A program made the position numbers and the translations under genes. A DNA stretch of 9,474 nt from the NCBI GenBank assembly GCA_051294375.1, contig JBJCIZ010000565.1:1-9474 (forward strand), read 5' to 3'. The notes beneath the pieces were generated by a model. That model was given only the letters and a program-made list of their open reading frames with translations, had not been told where the DNA came from and searched no databases. This DNA comes from Paraspadella gotoi. Taxonomy: Eukaryota > Animalia > Chaetognatha. Shown here piece after piece: positions 1 to 8,447 of this stretch; the first letter of the stretch is position 1, and each line of letters begins with the position of its first letter.

Positions 1-194
1 ATCTCCCGATCTGTTCCTTCCTTCGTCAGTCTTTCTCGCGGCCCCGATCTGGGTTTTTCTGATTGAGAATTCTTCCAAAAAGTTTTTTTTTAATCAGAAA
101 GCTTATTTATCATTGTTTTTAAATTTATAATTTCGTAATTTACAACAGAATACGTAATAATTCTGTTACATGAGAATTAAGTTTTGAAATATTT

Positions 195-480
195 NNNNNN
201 NNNNNNNNNNNNNNNNNNNNNNNNNNNNNNNNNNNNNNNNNNNNNNNNNNNNNNNNNNNNNNNNNNNNNNNNNNNNNNNNNNNNNNNNNNNNNNNNNNNN
301 NNNNNNNNNNNNNNNNNNNNNNNNNNNNNNNNNNNNNNNNNNNNNNNNNNNNNNNNNNNNNNNNNNNNNNNNNNNNNNNNNNNNNNNNNNNNNNNNNNNN
401 NNNNNNNNNNNNNNNNNNNNNNNNNNNNNNNNNNNNNNNNNNNNNNNNNNNNNNNNNNNNNNNNNNNNNNNNNNNNNNNN
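195..480. other. Assembly gap or hard-masked block (286 N)
   Basis: Uninterrupted run of N from 195 to 480. Confidence 0.98.
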
Positions 481-621
481 TATGGATTTTCTAAATTTTG
501 ATTCCCATCTTTGTACAATATACAATATTATATATATATTATACATACATATTCGCGTAGATATTGTAAAGTCATATCCGTTGTTTTTATTTGCGTTGAA
601 ACTTTGACCTCGAGAAAGAAT

Positions 622-803
622 NNNNNNNNNNNNNNNNNNNNNNNNNNNNNNNNNNNNNNNNNNNNNNNNNNNNNNNNNNNNNNNNNNNNNNNNNNNNNNN
701 NNNNNNNNNNNNNNNNNNNNNNNNNNNNNNNNNNNNNNNNNNNNNNNNNNNNNNNNNNNNNNNNNNNNNNNNNNNNNNNNNNNNNNNNNNNNNNNNNNNN
801 NNN
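622..803. other. Assembly gap or hard-masked block (182 N)
   Basis: Uninterrupted run of N from 622 to 803; leaves a 141-bp AT-rich island (481-621) between the two N blocks. Confidence 0.98.
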
Positions 804-2390
804 GTTTCGGCCGCCCGGGGTGCAGCCACACCTAAGGTCCGCCCTTCCTCCCTCCGGTTTCGCCCTTTTACCGTCCGATCGCCCGCTATTTTTGATTTCC
901 TCTAAGTAAGGAAATTTTAATTCCTTTGCCTTTTTTTCCCGGATGTAAAAGGATAACATCTATCAGAATTTGTTCAGGGCTTCAATCGCTCTCTTTTATT
1001 TTGGACTCCACGACGTAACAACTCGATATTGTTATCTTGATAGAGTTTCTTTCTGCCTTTTCTTTTTTCGTTCCCTTTCTTTTTCCCCCCCTTTCTCCTT
1101 TTCCTCCCCAGCTCAGAAACATCGTGCCTAAATTTGTCGTCAACGATTTCTTCGGTCAAAAGTCAACAACAGGGACTTTTCTTATTTTAGTCCAAGAGAT
1201 TGTTACTGTCGTTATTGTTTGTCACTGTTGTTACGAGATGTTTGTATTGTATGGGAGAAATAGGCAAGATACTTGTTTAATATTATCACAATCGATTTAG
1301 GTAAAATTTTAAATGAATGTATAAAAATATTAATTTTAGATATAGATATATTAGATGTAACCAAGAGGATTATTAAATATGTACACTTAAATATTATGAA
1401 ATATTTGGAATTTCAAAAAAGAAAAGAAGGGAGAAACTTTCGTCGTTCCTTGTGTTGTATTGATGTTTAATTTTGGTTGTTTTTATAAAGTATTTATTTA
1501 CTGTCCGAGTTTTGTGTTATTGTAATATCTTGTTTTTAATTTTTTTATTCAATTTTTGTATAAAATAATCCAAGTTTGACGAGTGACGTCATCTTTGCCT
1601 ATTGCAATCTATCCTATTGGTGTCGTTGCCCTTTGATTCTGTCTTACTTTTTTGTAATGAATGTTGTGTTGGCTTTTGGATGAAGTTGGCGTTTACAACA
1701 GGAAACGCTCGACCCAAAAAAGAATTAAAAAAAACACATGCAGTTTTCGCTTTTTTGGTTTTTGGTTTCGTTTCGCCCTTTGTTTTCGGCTCGCCGTTTT
1801 CCCTTTTGTTTTGATTCATCAAAAAAAATTTACTTCCGTTTGGTCGCTTATTGTTCTTTTGTTTTTTTTTTCCTTCGTTTGTTATTTACCTAAGGCTTGA
1901 AGAAAGTTCCCTTTGTTTTTCCGATGTTTGTAAGAATGTTATTACTTAGATTTGAACAAAATTTGTAGAACACAAATTAGAAAAAATAAAAAGCAAATTG
2001 AAAATATTACCCGGCAGAATACGGAACTCGGGTATAAATTCAAAACACTTTTTTTTTCTTTTTTTCAAAACAAAGCGAGGTTTATCCTAATCTTATTTTT
2101 TTTCTGATGTGTGTTCCATTGTTTGTGAATTGTGTTCCGCACACCTTCATGGACTCCATGTCTTGCGTGGCTTTATAAATCCTCAAACGTAATTCGAAGA
2201 GAGAGGAGAAGAGAGAAGGAAAAAAATAGTTCTGCTTTTTTTAACTTTTATTTTATTCCGAGAGAAAACAAAAAAAAGAGTAAAAATTCTTATTTAAATT
2301 TAAACATGAAAAATCCGCGGTGATGAAAAAAAAAAGGGTAGGGGTAATAAAAACGCCGACGATTAAATAGTTTGTGGCCCTACACTCGCG

Positions 2391-2970
2391 GGAGACGAGA
2401 GAGAGGAGGGAGAGAAGAAAGAGAAGAGAAACCGAGAGAGAGAGAAGCAGAGAACGAGAGAGAATGAGAGAAGAGAGGACCGACAAAGAAGAACGGACGA
2501 GAGACTGGAGAACACCACGACGACAGAGGAGAGAGATTGTCTTACTTGTTTTTTCTCTACGTCGATCTTCCGTGGCCAAGGGAGAGAGATGAGGATCATT
2601 TCACCGACGAAAGTGATGAATCGATTCGAGGAGGAATCACGGGAAAAAAGGACAGGCCGAGAGAGAGGTTAGAAGAGTGAATAAGGGGAAGGATTAGGAG
2701 ATGAGGGAAAGGAATCGAGGATGAGGAGATGATTAAAAGGAGGATGACGAGATGAGAAAAGGAGGGTGAGGAGATGAGAGGGGAGGATGAAAGAGATTGA
2801 AGAAAAGGAGGGGAGGAATTTAGGAGAGCATGAGAAAGAGAGAAATGAGAAGATGAGAAAGAGAAAGATGGAGAGAAGCGAGAAAGAGGGACCGGGGGCG
2901 AGGATGATTTGAAATGAGAACAGGAGAGGAGGATGAGGGATGAGAATAAGAAAGATGAGGATAGAAGGGA
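2391..2970 (+). repeat. Purine-rich low-complexity region: degenerate (GA)n (2391-2536) then GAG/GAT-rich tract (2581-2970)
   Basis: Almost entirely G/A on + strand, recurrent gaggatga/gagatgag; no C between 2749 and 2828; short T-rich spacer at ~2537-2560. Confidence 0.85.
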
Positions 2971-3357
2971 ATTATGTACAGAGTCGAATTTTAGAAATGT
3001 TATCCGGGTTTCTTTTTAAATTGATACTACAAACAAGAGAATTACGATCATGTAATGAAAACTAGTTATTTGTTGATGGCTATATTTCCGTCGCAAAGAG
3101 TAAAATATTATTTAATTAAGGTTAACATTAAAAGTCTATAATCTTTAGGTAATAGAGTTTGGAAGCTCTTATTCCATTTTATTACATGATTTCTATTTCT
3201 TTCAGTTGTACTTATAATACTCAGTATCGCATTTAAATACTTGACCGTCGATTGAAATAAAAAAGTCGGGTCTTCTTCGTCAAAAAAAAAAAAAAAGACC
3301 CGCAGGTGTTTTGAATGTCCTTTTATTTGTTTTGTTTGCTCTTTTTGTTCAGTTCAG

Positions 3358-4090
3358 AATCTTCGTTTCGTTTGACTCAAGTAAACAAAAATTCGGGGGT
3401 CAAGGGCACGTCGAGGGGGAAAGACGAGAAGAGAAATTAAGAACGACCAACGACAACAACCGACGACATTACGGACAAAGCTGGGAGATAAGGACAAACA
3501 GCGGAATACGATGACGACATCAAGGACAAAGATGGGGAGGAAAATTGACAACTGCAAATATTTGATGACGACATACGGACCAAGGTGGGAATAAGGGACA
3601 ACAGCCAAATACGATGAACGACATCAAGGACAAGATGAGAAAATTGAAAACTGAAATATGATGCGACCATCTAAGGACAAAGCTGGAGATAAGAACACCA
3701 GCCAATACGATGATGACAATCAAGGGAAAAAGCTGGAGATAAGGACGACAACAACCAATGACCAAAGGACAATGATGATTTCATCAGCCAGACAATCGCT
3801 AAGTGATATGTTAATGATTGTTAAGACAAAGCTGGAGATAAAGACATCATCGGGGGAGAAAACAACATCAACTCTGTATACAAAGATTTACAAAAATCTA
3901 ATGACAAGACTGATGAGGCGGCTACATATAAAGACAAGAAAAAAAAAAACTGGAAATAAGAACAACAGCCCCCAACAACAACATCAAGGACCAAACTGGT
4001 AAAATAATCACAACCGGAGACAACTACATCAGGGATAAAACTGAAGATGAAGACAATTTAAAAACCAAGACGGTTAGGAGCGAAGCCCAA
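3358..4090 (+). CDS. Probable exon of an Asp/Lys/Asn-rich repetitive, low-complexity protein, broken by indels (sequencing errors or pseudogenisation); boundaries approximate
   Basis: Unit length is 16 codons and the consensus translates without stops (DDDIKDKAGDKDNSQY). In-frame stretches: KDKAGDKNTSQYDDDN (start of ORF 3658..4002), DKAGDKDIIGGENNINSVYKDLQKSNDKTDEAATYKDKKK (from 3825), IRDKTEDEDN (from 4028). Polypyrimidine tract plus tandem TTCAG at 3348-3352/3353-3357 upstream. No single ORF spans it and no family recognised. Confidence 0.45.
3462..3760 (+). repeat. Tandem minisatellite, ~48-bp unit, about 6 copies, A/B alternating; further degenerate copies to ~4060
   Basis: Units start at ~3462, 3510, 3564, 3613, 3660, 3709; consensus gatgacgacatcaaggacaaagctggagataaggacaacagccaatac. 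Core aaagctggagataa recurs at ~3679, 3729, 3828; variants aaactggaaataag (~3947), aaactggtaaaata (~3993), aaactgaagatgaag (~4038). Confidence 0.9.
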
Positions 4091-4532
4091 ATGACAACGG
4101 ATTACATCATCGTGACACAAAAACGATTTAATTTTTTCAATTCACGTTATTCAGTGAGAACGATTCACTCTTTAATTTCTTGTTCTTTTTTCACATTTCT
4201 TCCCGGATTATTTAGAATCCCAAGTATTTTTCTATTTTTTTCTATGAATTCTTGTTTAAGATTTAATTCTTTTTCTTTTTTTCTTATTTTTTTTTTTTTA
4301 ATAAATTAAATAAAATTCATTCTTTTTTTTTTTTTCAGCCAAAAAAATATTATCTTTGAAAAAAAAAAAATCAAAATGAGAAAAAAATTAAGAAGGAAAA
4401 ATTTTTATCTTTAGATGGAAAAAACTGAAGGAAAGAGCGAAAAAAATTATGGAAGGTAACTGAAGCGAAGATTCTGGAAAGACTGGGGGGAAATAGAAAA
4501 AGGTTTTGGAGCGATCTCTTCCCTTCCGCGTT

Positions 4533-4605
4533 CTCTCTCTCTCTCTCTAATCTTCTATATCCTCCTCTCTCTCTCTTCTATCTTCTTCTCTTCTTTCTCT
4601 TCTCT
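4533..4605 (+). repeat. (CT)8 microsatellite plus degenerate pyrimidine tract
   Basis: Perfect (CT)8 at 4533-4548 followed by CT/CTT-rich sequence to 4605. Confidence 0.9.
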
Positions 4606-5200
4606 GTTGGAGTAGAGCTATTATTCGTCTTCTCCCAATCTAACTTTCTTCCTCCAAAGCCCGCGAAATTCATTCCAGTCAATACGGCCCCTTTGTTTTT
4701 CAATATTCGTGCCTCCTCGTGAACGTAAATTTGGCCTTAACAACGAACTCTAATATTAATTTATAAAAGCCCTTTACAAAATTATTATTCGTTGTACCAT
4801 AATATTGTTGAAAATTCTTTCAAAAGAAGAGTTGATAACTATTTTTTTTTTAATTCACCTCTTTTAAATTCTATAATTGGGTTTTGGGTTTTCCGTAATT
4901 AAAACAAAACAAATTTAAATCTTCGTTTAAAACTAAATCATTTTACAAATTAAATAGTAAATTTTCAAAAAATTAAACTTACAAATTTTACAAATCAAGC
5001 ACAAATAAACCTGAGAAGTTTTCCTTCACTCAAAACCTGGTGTTTAAAAATTCTTTTCACTCCCATTTTCCACTTTTTTTTAAATTCTCCTTCATAGCTT
5101 TCGCCCTTTTTTTTTTTTAATTAATTCTCTCCTTCAACAATTCTCATTCATCGCTAAATTTTGTGTATGGTCCGTGACGTAAGAATCCACTGGGAAATGC

Positions 5201-5300
5201 GAGAGAAGAGAGAGAGATGAGAGATAGGAGAGATGAGAGAGAGAGAAGAGGACCTGAGAGAGAGATACGAGAGAGACGCCGGAGATGAGAGAGAGAGAGG
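5201..5300 (+). repeat. Degenerate (GA)n microsatellite
   Basis: GA dinucleotide runs interrupted by T/C and single-base indels. Confidence 0.88.
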
Positions 5301-5445
5301 AAAAGTGTGAAAGAATATTCGTTTTCTTAGTTTTTAGTTTTTTTTTTTTTTTGTGAAAATCGTTTTGATTTTTTATTTTTATTTTTTTCTTAAGGAAGGA
5401 AAAGAGTTGAAGGAACAACATGAGTTGGTTTCCCTTTTTAGATTT

Positions 5446-5620
5446 GAGAGAGAGAGAGAGAGAGAGATGAGGGCGATGTAGAGAGCAGACGAGAGGAGAG
5501 AAGAATTTGAGGAGGGGAGAGCATTTCGATGAGAGGAGAGAATAGAGAGATGAGGGACGAGAAGAGAGTAGAGAATTAGTCAAAGGGTGGCGGGAGAGGG
5601 GTGAAAGGGAAGTAAAGGGT
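5446..5620 (+). repeat. (GA)11 microsatellite plus purine-rich tract
   Basis: Perfect (GA)11 at 5446-5467 then G/A-dominated sequence. Confidence 0.88.
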
Positions 5621-5959
5621 TGAAAGCCTGGAAAGTGAGCCGTGAAATGAGAAAAGTGAAACATTTTTATATCTAACTTTAATCAAAATTTTAGACCTGA
5701 AGATTAACCACATAGAAAGTTATACCCAATTCAAACATCTATATTAAATGTAATTGAATTTCCAGATTTGATAATATATTCGTGCAAGAGAACAGTTTGA
5801 TAAGAAGAAATAAAAAACTCTTTTTTGAGCTTAATAAAGAAAAACAAGTGTTTAAGTCCAAAATTTTAACTTTTGCATATAAAAATAATTCCTATTTATA
5901 TTCTTTATTTTATATTCAATTAATGAGTGTAGTCTCCCATCAAGGGTTTCTTGGATGGT

Positions 5960-6350
5960 TGCAGTTAAAGTGTAAAGTGGGGCGCGAAATAATTTTTGTG
6001 CGCGCTCAATGTCCAGCGTTGGCTCAATGTCGGCCGATTTGTCGTACGAGTGACGGGGCCGAAGATACTGAAAGGCCTAGGTGAGGTTTTGAGGCTGCGC
6101 GGAAAAGGGCCACCGGTTTTCCCTCGCGGGGCGCGTTTCCGCGGGAACGAAATGGGCCTCAAAAAATGTGTGGGCAAAAACGTCGAAAAGAAAAAAAAAA
6201 TTCGGGCGGCGGTCCGCGTAAACCCCGTCGTAAAAATCGAAAAAAATGAAAGTTTTTAAACACAGGTGGTTGATGGCCTTTAAGTGTGAAAAACGCATCT
6301 AGTGAGAAAATGTCCACCGATTGTTAATGTTCTAAGTCTTGAGACGCCGA
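5960..6350 (+). mobile_element. Possible decayed 3' fragment of a non-LTR retrotransposon with restriction-like endonuclease (R2/R4/NeSL-type): CCHC knuckle plus RLE motifs
   Basis: GC/CpG-rich island in AT-rich flanks. Across frames: C..KCKVGREIIFVRAQCPALAQ (5960-6027; cf. CxxC...ETIxHIxxxCPxLAQ, His missing), KILKGLGEVLRLRG, RKP/VVKIEK (6217-; cf. RKPD), TQVVDG (6260-6277), KTHLVRK. Needs several frameshifts, and the catalytic Asp is not seen. Recognised by eye only. Confidence 0.35.
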
Positions 6351-6353
6351 GGA

Positions 6354-6700
6354 TTTTTTTTTAAGGATTTTCTCTTTTTCTTTTTTTATTTTATTTTCTC
6401 TTTTTTTTTTCTCCCTTTTATTATTCGCCTTTCAATTTTTTTTTTAAGTTTTTTTAACCTCCCGCTTCATTAATTTTTTTTTCTGGTGTTCATAAGGTTT
6501 TTTTGGTTTTTTCTTAAAATAAAAATTTTTCTTAGTTTTTTGATTTTGGAAGATGTTTTTTCCTCGGCCGTCCAGCTCGCCTTTTGATTGTATTTGTTTT
6601 TATTGCGAGAAATAAGAATGTTAATGGATTTGATGAAAACAGGAATTTTTCCTTTTTTCTTTCTTTTTTCTATTTTTTTTTCCTTTTTTTTTCCTCCTTT
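6354..6700 (+). repeat. T-rich low-complexity region
   Basis: Dense poly-T runs (many of 7-11 nt), non-coding composition. Confidence 0.75.
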
Positions 6701-7533
6701 GAAAAAAATTCTTCGAGCACAGAAGGCAGCAAAATCATCAAAATTCAAAAAAAGTTTTCATTCGTGGAAACAAATTGAAATAGAATTAATGGATCAGCGA
6801 ATGAAAGGAAAGAAAATTGAAATGAATTTTAAATGAGGCCGGAAAAAATAAAAAGAGAGAAGAGAAGACGGGGGAAAGAAGACGGAACCTAAAAATCTAA
6901 ACGATTTTTGGATACACTGAAAATGAATCAGAATTGTTTAGGGACATCCTTTAAGTGTTCTTATATATATAATTATACTTGGTTACTATCTTACTTTTAC
7001 AAAAATTACTTGTTTAGAATAAAGATTTGATCAGAAAACTTTTTCCTTTTTCTGGGTCAACATTATTACAAGGAAACCCGAAAATAAAAAAAACGTATGT
7101 GTGGGTGTCGGCCGAGAAACAAAAAGAGATTTTTTTGCCACCTTTAAAATAAAAAAAGAGAAGCGAATGAACTTTTTAATAAAGAAAAAAAGAAAAAAAT
7201 CAGATTTTAAAATTCAATCTGAGCCAAAAAAAATAAACAAAAGAAAAACACGGAACCTCAATATAGTGAACGTTTTTGAAATCAGAGAGAAGAAAAGGGG
7301 TAAGGGTTCGGAGAACTTGAAGAGGAAGAGGAACTTGGGAGGAGAAAGAGAAAGAAGGGGAGGGGGGGCCAACAGGGTTTAGGCGTGGGGAAGAGGGGTA
7401 ATATATTCGCCTTGAAAAAAATATATTTGCAAACAAAAGTTTTTTTAAAAGTCGAAAATCACTTTTCTGGTATATTTTATTCTTAAAGCGTATGAGTGAG
7501 CGCAAAGATTTTTGAGTCATCCAAGAGAGTAAT

Positions 7534-7603
7534 AGAGAGAGAGAAGAGGAGAGAGAGAGAGAGACGAAGAGAGAGAGAGTGAGAGAAGAGGAGAGAAGAG
7601 AGC

Positions 7604-7639
<36 letters not shown>
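7534..7639 (+). repeat. (GA)n microsatellite, perfect (GA)17 at 7606-7639 with degenerate 5' extension
   Basis: Read directly from the sequence. Confidence 0.95.
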
Positions 7640-7641
<2 letters not shown>

Positions 7642-7672
7642 CCATCCCCAAGGTATATGTAACGTAGCGTCG

Positions 7673-7844
7673 TAACCAATTGATTACCCCAGTTAAACGT
7701 TTAACCAATCACCGATCCAATTAAATGTCGATGAAGAATTTATTAATAATAAACAAGATTGGTATGAACCCAAAATTTTCGACGGAACCGAAGATTTACT
7801 AAAATTTTTCCATTCGATGGAAAATTAATCAGACGAATCGATTC
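7673..7844. promoter_or_regulatory. Candidate regulatory cluster: four CCAAT/ATTGG boxes and several dyad elements
   Basis: CCAAT at 7676, 7705 (AACCAATCA), 7717 and ATTGG at 7758; perfect 14-bp palindrome GTTAAACGTTTAAC at 7692-7705; hairpins at 7773-7797 and 7806-7824; GAATCGATTC at 7835-7844. Function is inference. Confidence 0.3.
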
Positions 7845-7928
7845 CGATTCCGGGGAGAGGATGGCATAGAAAGGTGCGGTGGTGCGGATGAACTTTTTAG
7901 TTTACGTCCTCGGAATTTGTTTGAGTCC

Positions 7929-7972
7929 GCGACGACGACGACGACCGGACGACCGAACGACGACCGACCCCG
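7929..7972 (+). repeat. Degenerate (GAC/CGA)n trinucleotide repeat
   Basis: cgacgacgacgacgaccggacgaccgaacgacgaccgacc. Confidence 0.85.
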
Positions 7973-8160
7973 ATAAACGGAGACTGGGTTCGAGACACCG
8001 CCCCCTTCAAACCGCCTCCCCTCCTCCTTAATTTTAAACCGGAAAAAACTGAGGGCCGATAAAGGGGTAAGTTTCCGAACCGGGTGACGGCCTCACCTCC
8101 ATTCGTCTAAAACTTAACCCTCGATTTAATGAAGCGACGAAAGAAGGGTGAGTGATACTA

Positions 8161-8219
8161 ACGACGACGACGAACGACGAAACACGACGAACACGAACGA
8201 CGATGACGACGACGACACG
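8161..8219 (+). repeat. Degenerate (ACG)n trinucleotide repeat
   Basis: acgacgacgacgaacgacgaaacacgacgaacacgaacgacgatgacgacgacgacacg. Confidence 0.85.
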
Positions 8220-8350
8220 TCAACCTCCTTTTGATAACTTGATCAAGTTTAAAAAGCGAAACTTCTTCTCTCGTCCCAAACATAAGTGGGCGATGATAAT
8301 ACATTCAGGCGTAATGAAGGGAAAAAGACGCGTTTGTCGCACTGGTATAT

Positions 8351-8354
<4 letters not shown>

Positions 8355-8398
<44 letters not shown>

Positions 8399-8447
8399 GA
8401 GAGAGAGAGACGAGAGAGAGAAAGAGAGATGAGAGAGAGGAGAGAGC
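8355..8447 (+). repeat. (GA)19 microsatellite with degenerate 3' extension
   Basis: Perfect (GA)19 at 8355-8392, interrupted GA to ~8447. Confidence 0.95.

Noticed and set aside
1-51. CCCGATCTG twice (5-13, 43-51), resembling the Illumina adapter end CTTCCGATCT
   Set aside because: Only about 7 nt match, too short to call an adapter or a real repeat.
166-959. Long ORFs in the supplied track
   Set aside because: Open only because they cross N runs; the real residues show no recognisable protein.
2008-2034. Hairpin TACCCG-15 nt-CGGGTA
   Set aside because: A 6-bp stem with a long loop is expected by chance; no terminator or element-end context.
2253-2599. SL-rich and RE-rich ORFs here and at 5134-5664, 7200-7708, 8152-8683
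   Set aside because: Translations of (GA)n/(CT)n microsatellites, which lack stop codons.
3437-3670. Minus-strand Ser/Leu/Val-rich ORFs over the repeat
   Set aside because: Antisense shadow of the D/K-rich repeat; no independent support.
3462-3760. CRISPR-like array
   Set aside because: Units are contiguous tandem copies with no unique spacers, no cas genes, and the context is eukaryotic.
4481-4680. Possible inverted repeat around the CT tract (MITE or missed-adapter foldback)
   Set aside because: Only two short patches match (ctccaaa.cc and ccagtc); the sequence between and beyond does not align.
5982-6147. E2F-like sites (GCGCGAAA at 5982-5989, GCGCGGAAAA, TTTCCGCGGG)
   Set aside because: Expected in CpG-rich DNA with A/T runs; no promoter evidence, and a retroelement origin explains the island at least as well.
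6470-7382. Lys-rich and Phe-rich ORFs
   Set aside because: Products of poly-A/poly-T low-complexity DNA.
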